A stretch of DNA of 23,011 bases from Enoplolaimus lenunculus (Eukaryota), in assembly GCA_030248215.1 (NCBI GenBank), contig JASANG010001414.1, positions 868,001 to 891,011 of the forward strand, written 5' to 3'. The position numbers were made by a program, and so were the translations under genes. The notes beneath the pieces are model-generated. The model saw only the letters and a program-made list of their open reading frames with translations, was not told the origin of the DNA and ran no database searches. How positions within the stretch are numbered: the stretch's first letter is position 1; the number at the start of each line of letters is the position of its first letter. Positions 9,601 through 19,702 of the stretch are shown in pieces.

Positions 9601-12498
9601 CAAAACACTGTTCATATTGTGAAGTAGGATTTTTGTTGTGTGTTTGACGCAAAAAGTGTCTCTCAGTCTGTAGTAGCGGAGTTAGCTATTGTTGCTTCTA
9701 AGCATTATTGTTTTATATTGCTACACTGTAGGAAAATTTTTGAATTTGAAAAATATCAGTTGACACGACAGTATTGTTTACATTACATACTTCTACAGTG
9801 GCATGATCTCACACGTGACGAACAACAAAAGTATTACGATATGGCACGACAAGAGCGGGCGCAACATTTACTCAAGTTCCCCGGTTGGTCAGCACGTGAC
9901 AATTACGCAATTCATAAAAAGAAGAAAAAGAAACGAGACAAAACACAAAGTAAGACGGCTATATTGTTGCTTGATACAAAGAGTTTGCATTCAGCTGATA
10001 GTAAGTTGAAAGTTTTCTGATATGGTTGCTATTAGTGTGTTTCCGTTTAAAGATGGCAATGTATTGTATAAGTGCGATCGAACTTATTTACATTCTGTTA
10101 ACCCCTATAATTCGAGAAAATGGTGAAGGGGTGTTATCACCGATAAAAGAATTTAATCTGTATAATAACAAATAATAGAATAATAATAGTAATTGCCCCC
10201 TGTGCTAACGAATGCTTGTTGCACTGCATGCTTTAGTGTTTGTAAGATGCGTATGTTAGTATTGAACTTTAGGTAATTTGGAACTGAAAAAATGTCGCGC
10301 ACGATATGGTGTGGAACAACAAAATAAATGGTGTAAACATTGTCGGTAAGATCATGTTTTTTGGTCAGGGCCGTCGCTCGTCTGGGAAAACAGGAAATTT
10401 GGGGTACTTTGTCAGAGAAATCAGAGAAAACAGGGAAAAATTGGATTTAGCGTAATTGGTGCGTTATTTATACCAGTAACAGAACCTGAAATCACCCAGA
10501 ATTCAATTAGTTTACGGAACGAAGAACTTCGCCGACAGTGGCGTTAATGCGGATTGGTTTTAGTGAAGCATTACTCTTGCGGGATACGCTTAGGTTAATA
10601 TAAAAAGCAAAATTTTCCTTTCAGATATTGAAATAGCTGTAAAAATTTATTGTTGAGCTGAAAATGGAAGTGTCAGGGAAAGTTTTTTGGTATCAGGGAT
10701 AAATTTTAAGAAATTTGCGCGGGGATTCTATTTTGTACCAAACCTACACAGTTTTTTGAGGTTTTATTTTATTGATAGGAACCAAATTGTACTTTATTTC
10801 GCAAGTTTGAAAATTTGTGGATTAGTTTGGTGGGGTAAGTAATAAACGGATCCCGTGTGTTTTTATCTGATTATGGACGCTTTCTAAGATACGTTAATCC
10901 ATCAGATTGTGTTATATTCTTTGGAACGGACGCTAAAAAGCTTGGGTAACTGTATAAAGATGTTCTGCTAAATATGAGATGGATGTTACCATGTTATAAT
11001 GTTTTGAATTGGAGACTGTGTTATTTTAGTCGTAAAAAGAAATGCTTGATGTTCCGTGAAGCAGAAAGCAAACTGGTTATTGACGGAGCAAATGGGGTCG
11101 GATTATCTGGCGGATCTCATAGCGGCAGTTGGGGCCACAACGGTTAGTGCTTATTGTTATATCGAATTATGACGCCAGATGCCGACGTGCGACGCCGTGC
11201 GTCACCGGCAGGGTTCAACCGGAATTACAAATTACCGGAGTCGGGATAGAAAAAATTACCGGAAACGGAACCGAAAAATAAAAGATACATACCTCAGAAA
11301 AATTCATTTTAATTTTTTGCAATATTATTGGCGGAATAATTCTAGTTAGAGATACTGCTGTAATCTAGATGTTCATAATCCACGGAAGCGAAATTTACCT
11401 TTGATGGTTGATTTTCGAGGATAGTCAGGGTTTACATACTATACTAATTGTAATCTATTTAATTTTTATCTACATTTTTTAGTAAAATATCTTAATTTCC
11501 ACTGACCAAAATTTAATACCGGAATTTGTAATTCCGATAAAAATTTACCAGAACCGGAATCGGAAGTTTTAAAAATGCCCAAACCGGAATCGGTACCGGA
11601 ATTCCGGTCGCATCTTGGTCACCGGCCAATGTACAGATCAGAGCCGTTACAGTAGTCTAAACATATTCCGACGCCTAAGTGCAAGGATAAGATTATGCCT
11701 AAGCGCAAAATTACATAGTGTGAAGCTTAAGCTTACCTCATGGGCTGCATCACCAATAATCGTGAACCGGTAGCATGTTTATCTCAAATCGCGATTTTGC
11801 ATTTTTATGTTGCCAATTTAGAAATATTATTTTAATAATAAATTACATGATAAAAATGCTGTTCAAAAAACACTTGCGAGTGAGAAAATTGGTTGGAATT
11901 GATGCACGTTTCACAATAACATGGTAGAGCACGTAACCTTTTCAAGTATTGTGGTTGTCGTTCATGGACACTGACTGAAGCTTTTTTGCTTCAGTATCTC
12001 TAGCCAGTACGTTAAAACCCATTATGCGTCATCGTGCGGCGTCGTGTGACATTTGCCTTCCGGCAATTCGCGTATGATACCGCACGGTGATGTATGATGG
12101 TAAACGATGGCAGACGGTTGCGGGCGGTGCCCAATGCACAGAACTGTTTTTAGGAAATGCTGATCACGAAGCAATGATGGGAATGATGATGGATACAGCT
12201 TCGGATTCGCCATGCTCAACTGCAACAGCGCAAGTGTCGTCGACATCGGAAATGCTGATGCCCGTTGTTGGGTTCGATCCAGCGGTGTCAGCCAGCAACG
12301 CGCAACAAATATCAAATGGATTTGGAGTTGGCAACCACACCAGTGAGCAGCGCTTCGCATATAACCAACATCATCATCATCAACAACAACAACAACAACA
12401 AAATTTTCGAGAACAGTACCAGCGGAAACAACTGCTACAGCAGCAACAAGAACAACAGCAGCAGCATGAACAACAACAACAGCAGCAGCAGCAGCAGC

Positions 12499-12568
<70 letters not shown>

Positions 12569-12570
12569 GC

Positions 12571-12605
<35 letters not shown>

Positions 12606-13019
12606 CCACACCACCAACAACAACCACAACGACAACAACAACAACAACAACAACAGCTGCAGCAACAGGAACAACAAAAATGGTATTCTCATTATCAAAA
12701 TCATGCCACGGTTTCGGGGCACGGTGGTAGTAGCGCTGGCCGTGGGAACGCATCCGGTGTCTTATCGGCGACACCACCGTATCCGTTTCTATCGACAGGG
12801 TCGGCGGCTTCGTCACCGTCGCCGTTTTGGCCACATTCCCATCATTTTTGGTCAGCCGCAGCAGCTGCGGTTGCTGCTGCAGCTGTAACCGGTAGTTCAG
12901 CTGCCGGCGCTAGCAAGGACAGCATCAATAATAATAATAATAATAATAATAATAGTAGTAGTAATAATAATAGCAACAACAGATTAAGCGGTATCAACGA
13001 CAACGGCAACAACAACAAT

Positions 13020-13068
<49 letters not shown>

Positions 13069-14715
13069 TCTTACATAACAACAACACCAGCAGGAGCAGC
13101 AGCAGCGACGACGGCGACAACAACAATCCAAAAGATTTTGTAATAGGCATAAATAACGGAAAACCAACCGAATTAAGTGAAGCTGGGTCCACATGTATAC
13201 GGCAGTCGTCTGCAGCAACTCAAGTAAGCAGATTTGGCGATGAGTCTGGCACCATATTATTCCAATCTGCTGACGAGATCAAAATGGAAGCTGAAGAAAA
13301 CGAAGCATCACCACATTCTGAACGGACGATTCGAAGCAAAGTAGCAGCAGCAGTAACAACGGACGGCACTACTTCCCCAGAGTCAGTAGTGGCAACATCT
13401 GGTTGTAGTGCTGAAGATCATAACACCACCGCATCGCATTGTACGACAGGATCGCTGTGGCACCCGTCTCCGGTTCCTTGTAACAAAGAGCATGGAGACT
13501 CGCGATTAGTAGCGAGTGCTAGTCGGAGTAGCAGAGAAGTACAAGGAAGCCTCGAATCACAATGCCACCGGCTTGGAGGATCCCAACAGCCACAGACAGC
13601 AAAGTACGCGTCCATTGATCGTATGTTGATGCCGGATAAAGCTACTGATTTGACAAAAAAGTTTACAAACCAATGTGCAGAACATCATGACGCGGCATTC
13701 GCGAATTCATCTAGCAAGAGCTGTGGTGGTAGTGATTCTAAAACTGCCGTAAAATTTACGAGCGGATGGCCGAACCACACGTCGAGGAATTCCGGGTATG
13801 TTTCATCAACAACAAGAACTACTAGTTCGGCGTCGGTTGGATATATATCAAAACAACAACAACAACAACAACAAGAACAACAACAACAACAACAGCAAAA
13901 AGAACAAAAGCAACAAAGCGAACAACAAGAACGACAAGAGCATGAGCGAACAGCGACTGTTGCAATTACAACAACGATGCATTCCATATCTACCAATTGT
14001 GACAAGGTAATGACATCACAGCGGCATTGCAGAGAAAAGTTGCAATTTGCAACTAACACAGACCAAACGCTCGAACCTAGCGCACAGAATTTAGCTCAGT
14101 CAGCCTTTGAATCGCTAGGCACTTCTGCGAGTAATCGTGTTCTGGCAATGGATTTGGCGTGTCGTGAACAAGGACCTACTGACCTTTTTATGAACTATCT
14201 AGATGCTTCTGCTCGTATTAACGCTGTGGATGGGTGCAGAGGCAATGAACGGTTCAAAGAGACAGAGGATACTTGCAACATGGTTACAGGCGGTGTAGTT
14301 CAGAATTCGACAGCACTAAAAAGCAACAACATTCCATTGCAAGCGCCACAGTTTCAAAACAAGGCTGCATCGTCAGTTGTTGTTCCTGGTGTGCAATATG
14401 AATCACTGGTAAATGATAGTGATCGCCAAGGGATATTGAACAACGACCGGCAGAACGAATTCCATCCTAGATGTAACGGGAAAAATGCGAAAAGCTTTGA
14501 CGTCGGATCTGAAAGAACCGTTATGAAAACTACTTCAACTGGTAGCTCAATCAGTGAAATTCAAACTGTTTGTGTAGCCGGGGTTTCGCCAACTTTGCAT
14601 GCAATGCTGGGTGGTGGACCTAACTCTGCTGCTTTCCAACGTGAAGCTTCTGATGTGAAACTATATCAGCAACAAGCATGTAAAAACAACAACGACGACG
14701 ACAAAAACAAAAACG

Positions 14716-14805
<90 letters not shown>

Positions 14806-15002
14806 GTAGTAGTAGTAGTAATAATAATAATTCTAGTGCCGCAACAAAGAAATTGAACAGTGGCGGTGTGAGCAATAGTCGTTCTGCTGTAAATATCCAC
14901 AGCACACCAGCGTCGTTTTCAGCAGCTTCAAAGTTTTTAAATTCGGCAACAGGGCGAAGTACCAGAGTTGAATTGCAACATAAATTGCCTGCTGTCATTT
15001 GA
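3500..15002 (+). CDS. pop-1: TCF/LEF family HMG-box transcription factor (POP-1/pangolin-like), 5'-partial. join(3500..3650,4281..4350,5363..5404,7193..7555,8407..9112,9299..9439,9799..9949,10273..10345,11030..11142,12154..15002), 4659 nt, about 1552 aa
   Basis: Manual splicing gives an uninterrupted frame. All introns are GT..AG and the phases match (1,2,2,2,0,0,1,2,1). The product contains a TCF HMG box ([17 protein letters not shown]...PGWSARDNY), basic tail and C-clamp (KKCRARYG...WCKHCRRKKKC). Confidence 0.93.
4281..4350 (+). CDS. pop-1: TCF 70-nt exon ([24 protein letters not shown])
   Basis: Acceptor tttcag|, donor |gtaagt. Its length of 3n+1 bridges the phase-1 and phase-2 neighbours with no stop. 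Not in the ORF track. Confidence 0.75.
4417..4763. mobile_element. ~350-bp hAT-like MITE with GTCTCG subterminal repeats
   Basis: TIRs CAGGGATAGGCGGT / ACCGCCTATTCGTG (12/14 match); many GTCTCG(GTCTCG) motifs near both ends; TSD not clear. Confidence 0.72.
5363..5404 (+). CDS. pop-1: TCF 42-nt exon ([14 protein letters not shown]), symmetric phase 2
   Basis: Acceptor ttattttag|, donor CAG|gtatgc; in frame with both flanking exons. Confidence 0.7.
5759..6835. mobile_element. Composite of decayed DNA-transposon remnants (TCTCAG-rich ends; internal TTACGACCTTGTT repeats at 6040-6292)
   Basis: Right end GAGATTCCCATCCCTG weakly mirrors left end TAGGAATCGGTATTCAGA; ACCTTGTT occurs repeatedly; GTCGGTTAC/GTAACCGAC inverted pair at 6261-6291. 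Confidence 0.45.
7193..7555 (+). CDS. pop-1: TCF exon, Ala-rich and S/T-P-rich ([15 protein letters not shown]...AAVAAEF)
   Basis: Acceptor atttttag|, donor TA|gtaagt; lies within ORF 7080..7556. Confidence 0.88.
8407..9112 (+). CDS. pop-1: TCF exon, Ser/Gln-rich ([15 protein letters not shown]...SSDGMK)
   Basis: Acceptor ttttgcttcag|, donor AAG|gtagtg; overlaps ORF 8453..9166; phase 2 in, phase 0 out. Confidence 0.87.
9299..9439 (+). CDS. pop-1: TCF HMG box, first half ([47 protein letters not shown])
   Basis: Diagnostic TCF/LEF HMG sequence; acceptor ttttcag|, donor AAG|gtatgt. Phase-0 intron just before the HMG Trp, as in other TCF genes. Confidence 0.97.
9799..9949 (+). CDS. pop-1: TCF HMG box, second half plus basic tail/NLS ([50 protein letters not shown])
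   Basis: Diagnostic PGWSARDNY motif and basic run; acceptor ttctacag|, donor A|gtaaga. Confidence 0.97.
10273..10345 (+). CDS. pop-1: TCF C-clamp exon ([25 protein letters not shown])
   Basis: CRAR(F/Y)...WCxxC C-clamp motif; acceptor ctttag|, donor CG|gtaaga. Not in the ORF track. Confidence 0.95.
10366..10730. mobile_element. Degenerate MITE with CAGGGAAA subterminal repeats
   Basis: Starts CAGGG; repeated CAGG(G)AAA/TCAGAGAAA motifs near both ends; TIR and TSD are decayed. Confidence 0.45.
11030..11142 (+). CDS. pop-1: TCF exon completing the C-clamp ([37 protein letters not shown])
   Basis: RRKKKC completes the four-Cys C-clamp; acceptor ttattttag|, donor G|gttagt. Confidence 0.92.
11209..11617. 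mobile_element. 409-bp hAT-like MITE with ACCGGAA subterminal repeats
   Basis: TIRs CAGGGTTCAACCGGAATT / AATTCCGGTCGCATCTTG (14/18 match); perfect 8-bp TSD GTCACCGG at 11201-11208 and 11618-11625. Confidence 0.9.
12154..15002 (+). CDS. pop-1: TCF terminal exon: ~949-aa low-complexity tail with polyQ/polyN ([20 protein letters not shown]...QHKLPAVI*)
   Basis: Lies within the 971-aa ORF 12087..15002. Acceptor ctgtttttag| at 12153 is phase 1 and matches the donor at 11143; 2.85 kb without a stop in AT-rich DNA. Confidence 0.8.
12471..12605 (+). repeat. (CAA/CAG)45 coding microsatellite, 45 uninterrupted Gln
   Basis: 135 nt of CAA/CAG codons in the TCF frame, flanked by further Q-rich sequence (12380-12677). 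Confidence 0.95.
13008..13067 (+). repeat. (AAC)n coding microsatellite, 20 Asn; a (AAT)9 run lies at 12927-12953
   Basis: Directly visible. Confidence 0.93.
14718..14804 (+). repeat. (AAT)29 coding microsatellite, 29 Asn
   Basis: Directly visible. Confidence 0.95.
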
Positions 15003-16762
15003 ATACCATAATCCCATATATATTTTTTAAAATGTTGCGCTAACAAAGGGAAACTATAGGATTAAAAATCTTGTTCAAGTCAAGGTAAACAACTATAGGG
15101 GAAATGTGCAATTTGGTAGTAGAGCACCAGGCGGCTGCATGCAAACTATTGTGGGACAGATGGTATAATTAGAAAAAAGACAGTATAAAATGATGGTGGT
15201 TCTGAAGGGATGATGGTGGACGGCATTATAGCAAATCAAAAATTAGAACGGTTGTATTGAGTTAGTATTAGTATTTTCTAATGTGACTTAAACCAATTTG
15301 TGGGACGTGCGAGCTTGCTTCGTTATCTGTTTGTCACCGCAATCGTTGGTGAGAGTCGTTTTGAAACGATGGTACTGAAGTTAATTAAACATTTTGTGAT
15401 GAACAGGCAACAGGGATTATTTGGTGTAATGCTTACTAAGCTATTTGGTAAATATTTGTTTTAATGTTTGGCGTTTTAATTTTATTTCGCATGGTGTACA
15501 GATACGTAATTATCTGCTTTGTATAAGTGCCGATTAAGTATGTGTCAAAAAGGCACAAAACGCCAGAAAACATAGTGGCGGAAGGTTAATGCATACGTAC
15601 GAAAAGTATATATACGTACTAAAACATTAGGGGGTCATGGAAGGGATTTTTCTCAGTTATCCACTCTACCGTAAACTTATAATTCAACTCAGGAACGATG
15701 GTTGGAAGAACAAATTATCGGGGGCTTAAATCCGCTGATCCCCAAGTTTATGGCTGTGAGTAATATATTATTCATAAGGTGGTATTAACTAACCAATGTA
15801 CATCGTACCGAAAATAAGTTATGTGAGTCAGTAGTAGGTATCCAAATTCTTTCGATTGTGTATCTTTGTTGAGCTCTTACATGTTTCACAGGTACATCAA
15901 CATTTAACGTCAGTTTAAACTGAAATTGAACAACGTGTTACTTCATGGTAATGAATTGTGAGGTACAATTAACGTAGTGTATAATATGTTCTAAAATAAT
16001 AGTCTTTAGTTTCGAAAAACATGGCGTGTTGCTGCCGGCGTATATATATTTTTAGCATTGTTTATTAAACTAAAGGGTAATAGCGAGCTTTATGTAAGTC
16101 TGTCTTATTTTGCTGCTTGAATGCTATTTGTCACCTGATATCTTCTGTCATTTGCACTTTGCATTGTTATCAGTGGTTATGATAGCGGTTATTGAATAAT
16201 TTAGCTGGCAAATTGAGTTTCGATTAAATTTTATGTTTGAGATGGAGTAAGTTCAGCAATGATGAAATAAGGTTTAACGTCAAAATGTGCTATAGCAATG
16301 TAGGAATAGGCGGCAGTACGAAACATGGACCCTGCTAGGAATTTAATGTAAGGTGGCGTGTCTTATAGACGAGACTCGCAGATCTCAGCGATGCCAGTTT
16401 TAGGTCTGGTTCAAAAGTTACGGCCCTTTAAAATTTAACTATTAGCTATATTAAAGATATACAACCGCCTACAAATTTTGTTCAACGAATGAACCTGGTA
16501 TAGCTTTAATACGTATATGTGAATGATAGATATTTTCTGTTCAAATCTGCGTGTTCGCACGATGACCATAACATTGAATCGTTGGCCTTACAGCCGCAAA
16601 ATGGTAGCGTATCTATAGGATAAGCAACATTTCACTGAATTCGTAGGAGGACCCAGATTCCGCGCATTTGCCGTAGGAATATGCGTCTATATTAATCGCT
16701 GTTTGTAGCACGTATAAACAGTTCGTAATGGGCTTCGAAACTTGTAACTGACTAGTCGCCGG

Positions 16763-17219
16763 CAGAGTGGGACTTTACCCACGGGTACCCGTGGATAAAC
16801 GCGGCTCGTGTGAGCCATGGGTATACCCGCGCGTAAAGATTTGTATCACGTGGGTAAACGATTGACAGTTTTTACCCGCGCCAAATCTTCAAGAGTTAAG
16901 GTGTAAAAATACGCTGTTAGCTAGGCTAGTCAGTGAGCGTTGTAAAAGCAAAAGTTCTGTGCTTTATTTAGTCGAGTTTGATATCGTGTTGTTTCCAAAA
17001 AGCTTTCCTGTGTAAAATTCGTTGGACCTATAACGCAAAACTTCATTAAAGTGCAAATCACCAGCAATCTTTAAAATACTGGTTTCGCTTCAAGCGCGGG
17101 TAAAAGGTGGGTCGTGTGTAGATCTTTTTAGTGTGGGTGGTAAACCCCCGGGTAAAAAAACTTATTTGCCTGGGTGAACTGCGAGTCGGGCAAAAAGAAC
17201 TTACCCACATCTCACTCTA
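16763..17219. mobile_element. ~460-bp hAT-like MITE with ACCC/GGGT subterminal repeats
   Basis: TIRs CAGAGTGGGA / TCTCACTCTA; numerous TACCC/GGGTA motifs; related flanks (TCGCCG on both sides). Confidence 0.7.
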
Positions 17220-18690
17220 GTACTCGCCGTTGTTAAAAAGTTTTGTGTGCTGAATCTGAAATAAAGAGTCTAAAGTACGGAATTTTAAGTGTGTTCGTTT
17301 TGAATTATAAATCTGATGGTTCAAAGACTATTGCTTACAAGTGATAGGTTCTGCACACATTTGAGAATACGGTGTTGGTTAAAAAAAGTCGGGTGACATG
17401 ATAACTTTATTCTGATGTACATAAATCGTACACGTATGTGACAATATATATTTTGCCTTGAATATTCATTGTTACTCTTGTGGTTGAGCTTCTTGATTTG
17501 TATTGATGATGGATGTAGTTTATATATTTTATGCTGTCAAAGAAATAATTTATCTTTGCAAGTGCTTAAGTAATATACGGGGAAAATAATTGTGAATGAG
17601 CACATGTATAGCACTGAACAGTTGGTATCCAGACGTTTATAACAGAATAAATAAGTATGTTGCCTTACCGTAGATGTATTCGTTTTGTTTCTAATTTAAT
17701 TTTTTTTTGTTAACCAAAACATTTTTATAGTGTACTCGTTGTAGAAAGAACATCTTTTATAGCGTAGGTACTCGTGTAGTTTAATATCTGTTCGTGCCCG
17801 TCTCTGATTTTGTGAAGATTGTTTTTATTAGAGTAAGAAATTAGGATAATATCAATTTGTGATGTCTTATTAACGGTCACATTTAATGCGTTTCATGCAA
17901 ACCATGATTACAGTTATTGAGCATGTGACTGTAAAATTTGTGGTTATGGTTTTAATTTATTTAAACTTGTAGTTAATGTAATTATTTGTTAAACAAATTG
18001 TTAACTATCTTTTAACTCGTCTCTGGTAGTCATCGAAATTTGTATAATTTGATGTTTTGTGCAATACTAGGCGTGTTTATTGACTGAAACTTTGAAATTT
18101 GAGTTAGCATTTTGTTGTGTTGTTTGTGAACAAAAATATCGAGTCAGTTTCACCATTGAAACCAAAACATAAGGTCTCGTTAAACACTTGCAAGTTTGGG
18201 ATTTAATCACTGTATACTATGTGTTCTAGAACACTTTGTTTTAACAGGGTATATACCTATATGTATGTATTGTTTTGGAGTGTTTTTGAATGCTTTGCTT
18301 ATGAGATTTATTTAAAGCGTGCTTTTACAATTAGTGATGACCCGTAAGAATTTATATATTGGTAAATATATATAATAACAGAATAGCAGCAGTGTTTTTG
18401 TTAAGCTTCAAAACAAGAATAATTCAGTTCTACCTGAGTTTCTAGCCTGTTGCTGAATTATACGCATAAGTTACAGTATATAAATCTAAAATTGTATCTT
18501 GACGTTTTATGCTGGTTGAAGCGAAATTTCAAAGTTTTAGTATTACTGTGAAATCTGAATAACTAGCCGCGAAACAAGCACTAAAATTTTTTATATATAT
18601 ATATAAGAAATTAATTATAACACACTTGTTATTGTGTCTGTTCTAAAAGCGACAAGTTTGTTCGGTGTCGGTATTGCACAACAAATCTTC

Positions 18691-18733
18691 TACACAGGGT
18701 TCTTTTTGATTACACAGGGTTCTTTTTGATTAC
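18691..18733. repeat. Perfect 20-bp tandem duplication (TACACAGGGTTCTTTTTGAT)x2
   Basis: Directly visible. Confidence 0.92.
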
Positions 18734-19397
18734 TCAACGGACATTTTTATTAGTTTCTATATATTTTGCTTAAATCGTTCCGTTGGGTCGTAAGAAGAAT
18801 CGCAATGCAAAAGAAATGAACTACCAAGCCAATTTTCAAGTAATTAGAGAATTCGTTCAAAAATATGAGCTGCGAAATAATCGTGCTCTGACTTACTGTC
18901 TCAGTAAATATTACAAGCTTCATTTCGGACGTGTTGTCTTGGATAGGTAAACTGCTTTGCTCCTCTTGTAAACCGTTCCCACGTGTTATTTCACCATGCT
19001 AATTGTCACATGCCACGAATCTACATTGGGATAGCGAAAATCCGTCTATCGAGGTTAATGTCGAGTCTACATTATTTGCCGCAAAAGGCAAATACACTTT
19101 GAAGTTAAGTTTTCCAAATTTTAAAATGTAATATATAATTATTAGTGGGAGAATGCACACGTGCCCTTATACTATATTGATTTCATATTTGTTTAGTTGG
19201 GCCAAATCGTGCGTAGTGTAGTGCGGCCGAATCGGCGTATATATTTTATAGTAGCCAATTGTTCGAGCTTTTAACACTGTCATATATTAAAATGTATGTT
19301 TGTGTTTGCGAGCTTTTTGCATATTTTTTTCGTGTCATTAATATATTATGATGTTCCAATGTAATTCCGCTAATCTTCGTTGGCATTCTATTTACAC

Positions 19398-19455
19398 AAT
19401 AAATGGTCTTATCTAGCAACTCACCGTGATTTAATAAAGCGAAGTTTTAAATAAA
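19398..19455 (+). promoter_or_regulatory. Cluster of three AATAAA hexamers, candidate distal poly(A) signal of the TCF gene
   Basis: AATAAA at 19398, 19433 and 19450, near where the T/G-rich bias of the + strand fades. Confidence 0.4.
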
Positions 19456-19702
19456 TTTTCATGCACCACTGTAAACTGTACCAGAGCCTTTTTTCTAGGG
19501 TTAAACTGTACTATCTGCTGTGCGCCGTTTGGGCTTGGCAGAAATCTGTGGAGGGGAGCACTAAAACATTTTAATACTATGTTATTTTTCTTGCCTTTCT
19601 GTAAATCTTCCTAAGTAACTATTACTTTTGAACAATTCTTGGTTATAGGCTGGGTAGGTACTTGAGTAACGCTTGTAGGGTTGACTAATTCATCGGCAGT
19701 AT

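Noticed and set aside
12075..12077. In-frame TGA as selenocysteine or an alternative genetic code
   Set aside because: The downstream acceptor bypasses it, it lies in a likely TE-derived inverted repeat, no SECIS was recognised, and TGA acts as the stop at 15000.
12087..15002. The 971-aa ORF as a stand-alone intronless gene
   Set aside because: An in-phase acceptor at 12153 links it to the open TCF frame, which otherwise lacks a convincing terminal exon.
14985..15002. C-terminal ...LPAVI as a PDZ-binding motif
   Set aside because: Very degenerate match with no supporting evidence.
12022..15046. Antisense and alternate-frame ORFs rich in poly-V, L, C, I or N (e.g. 12022..12834, 12265..12888, 12435..12722, 12842..13192, 13685..14059, 14666..15046)
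   Set aside because: Shadows of trinucleotide repeats in the TCF exon, which lack stops in several frames; no independent gene signals.
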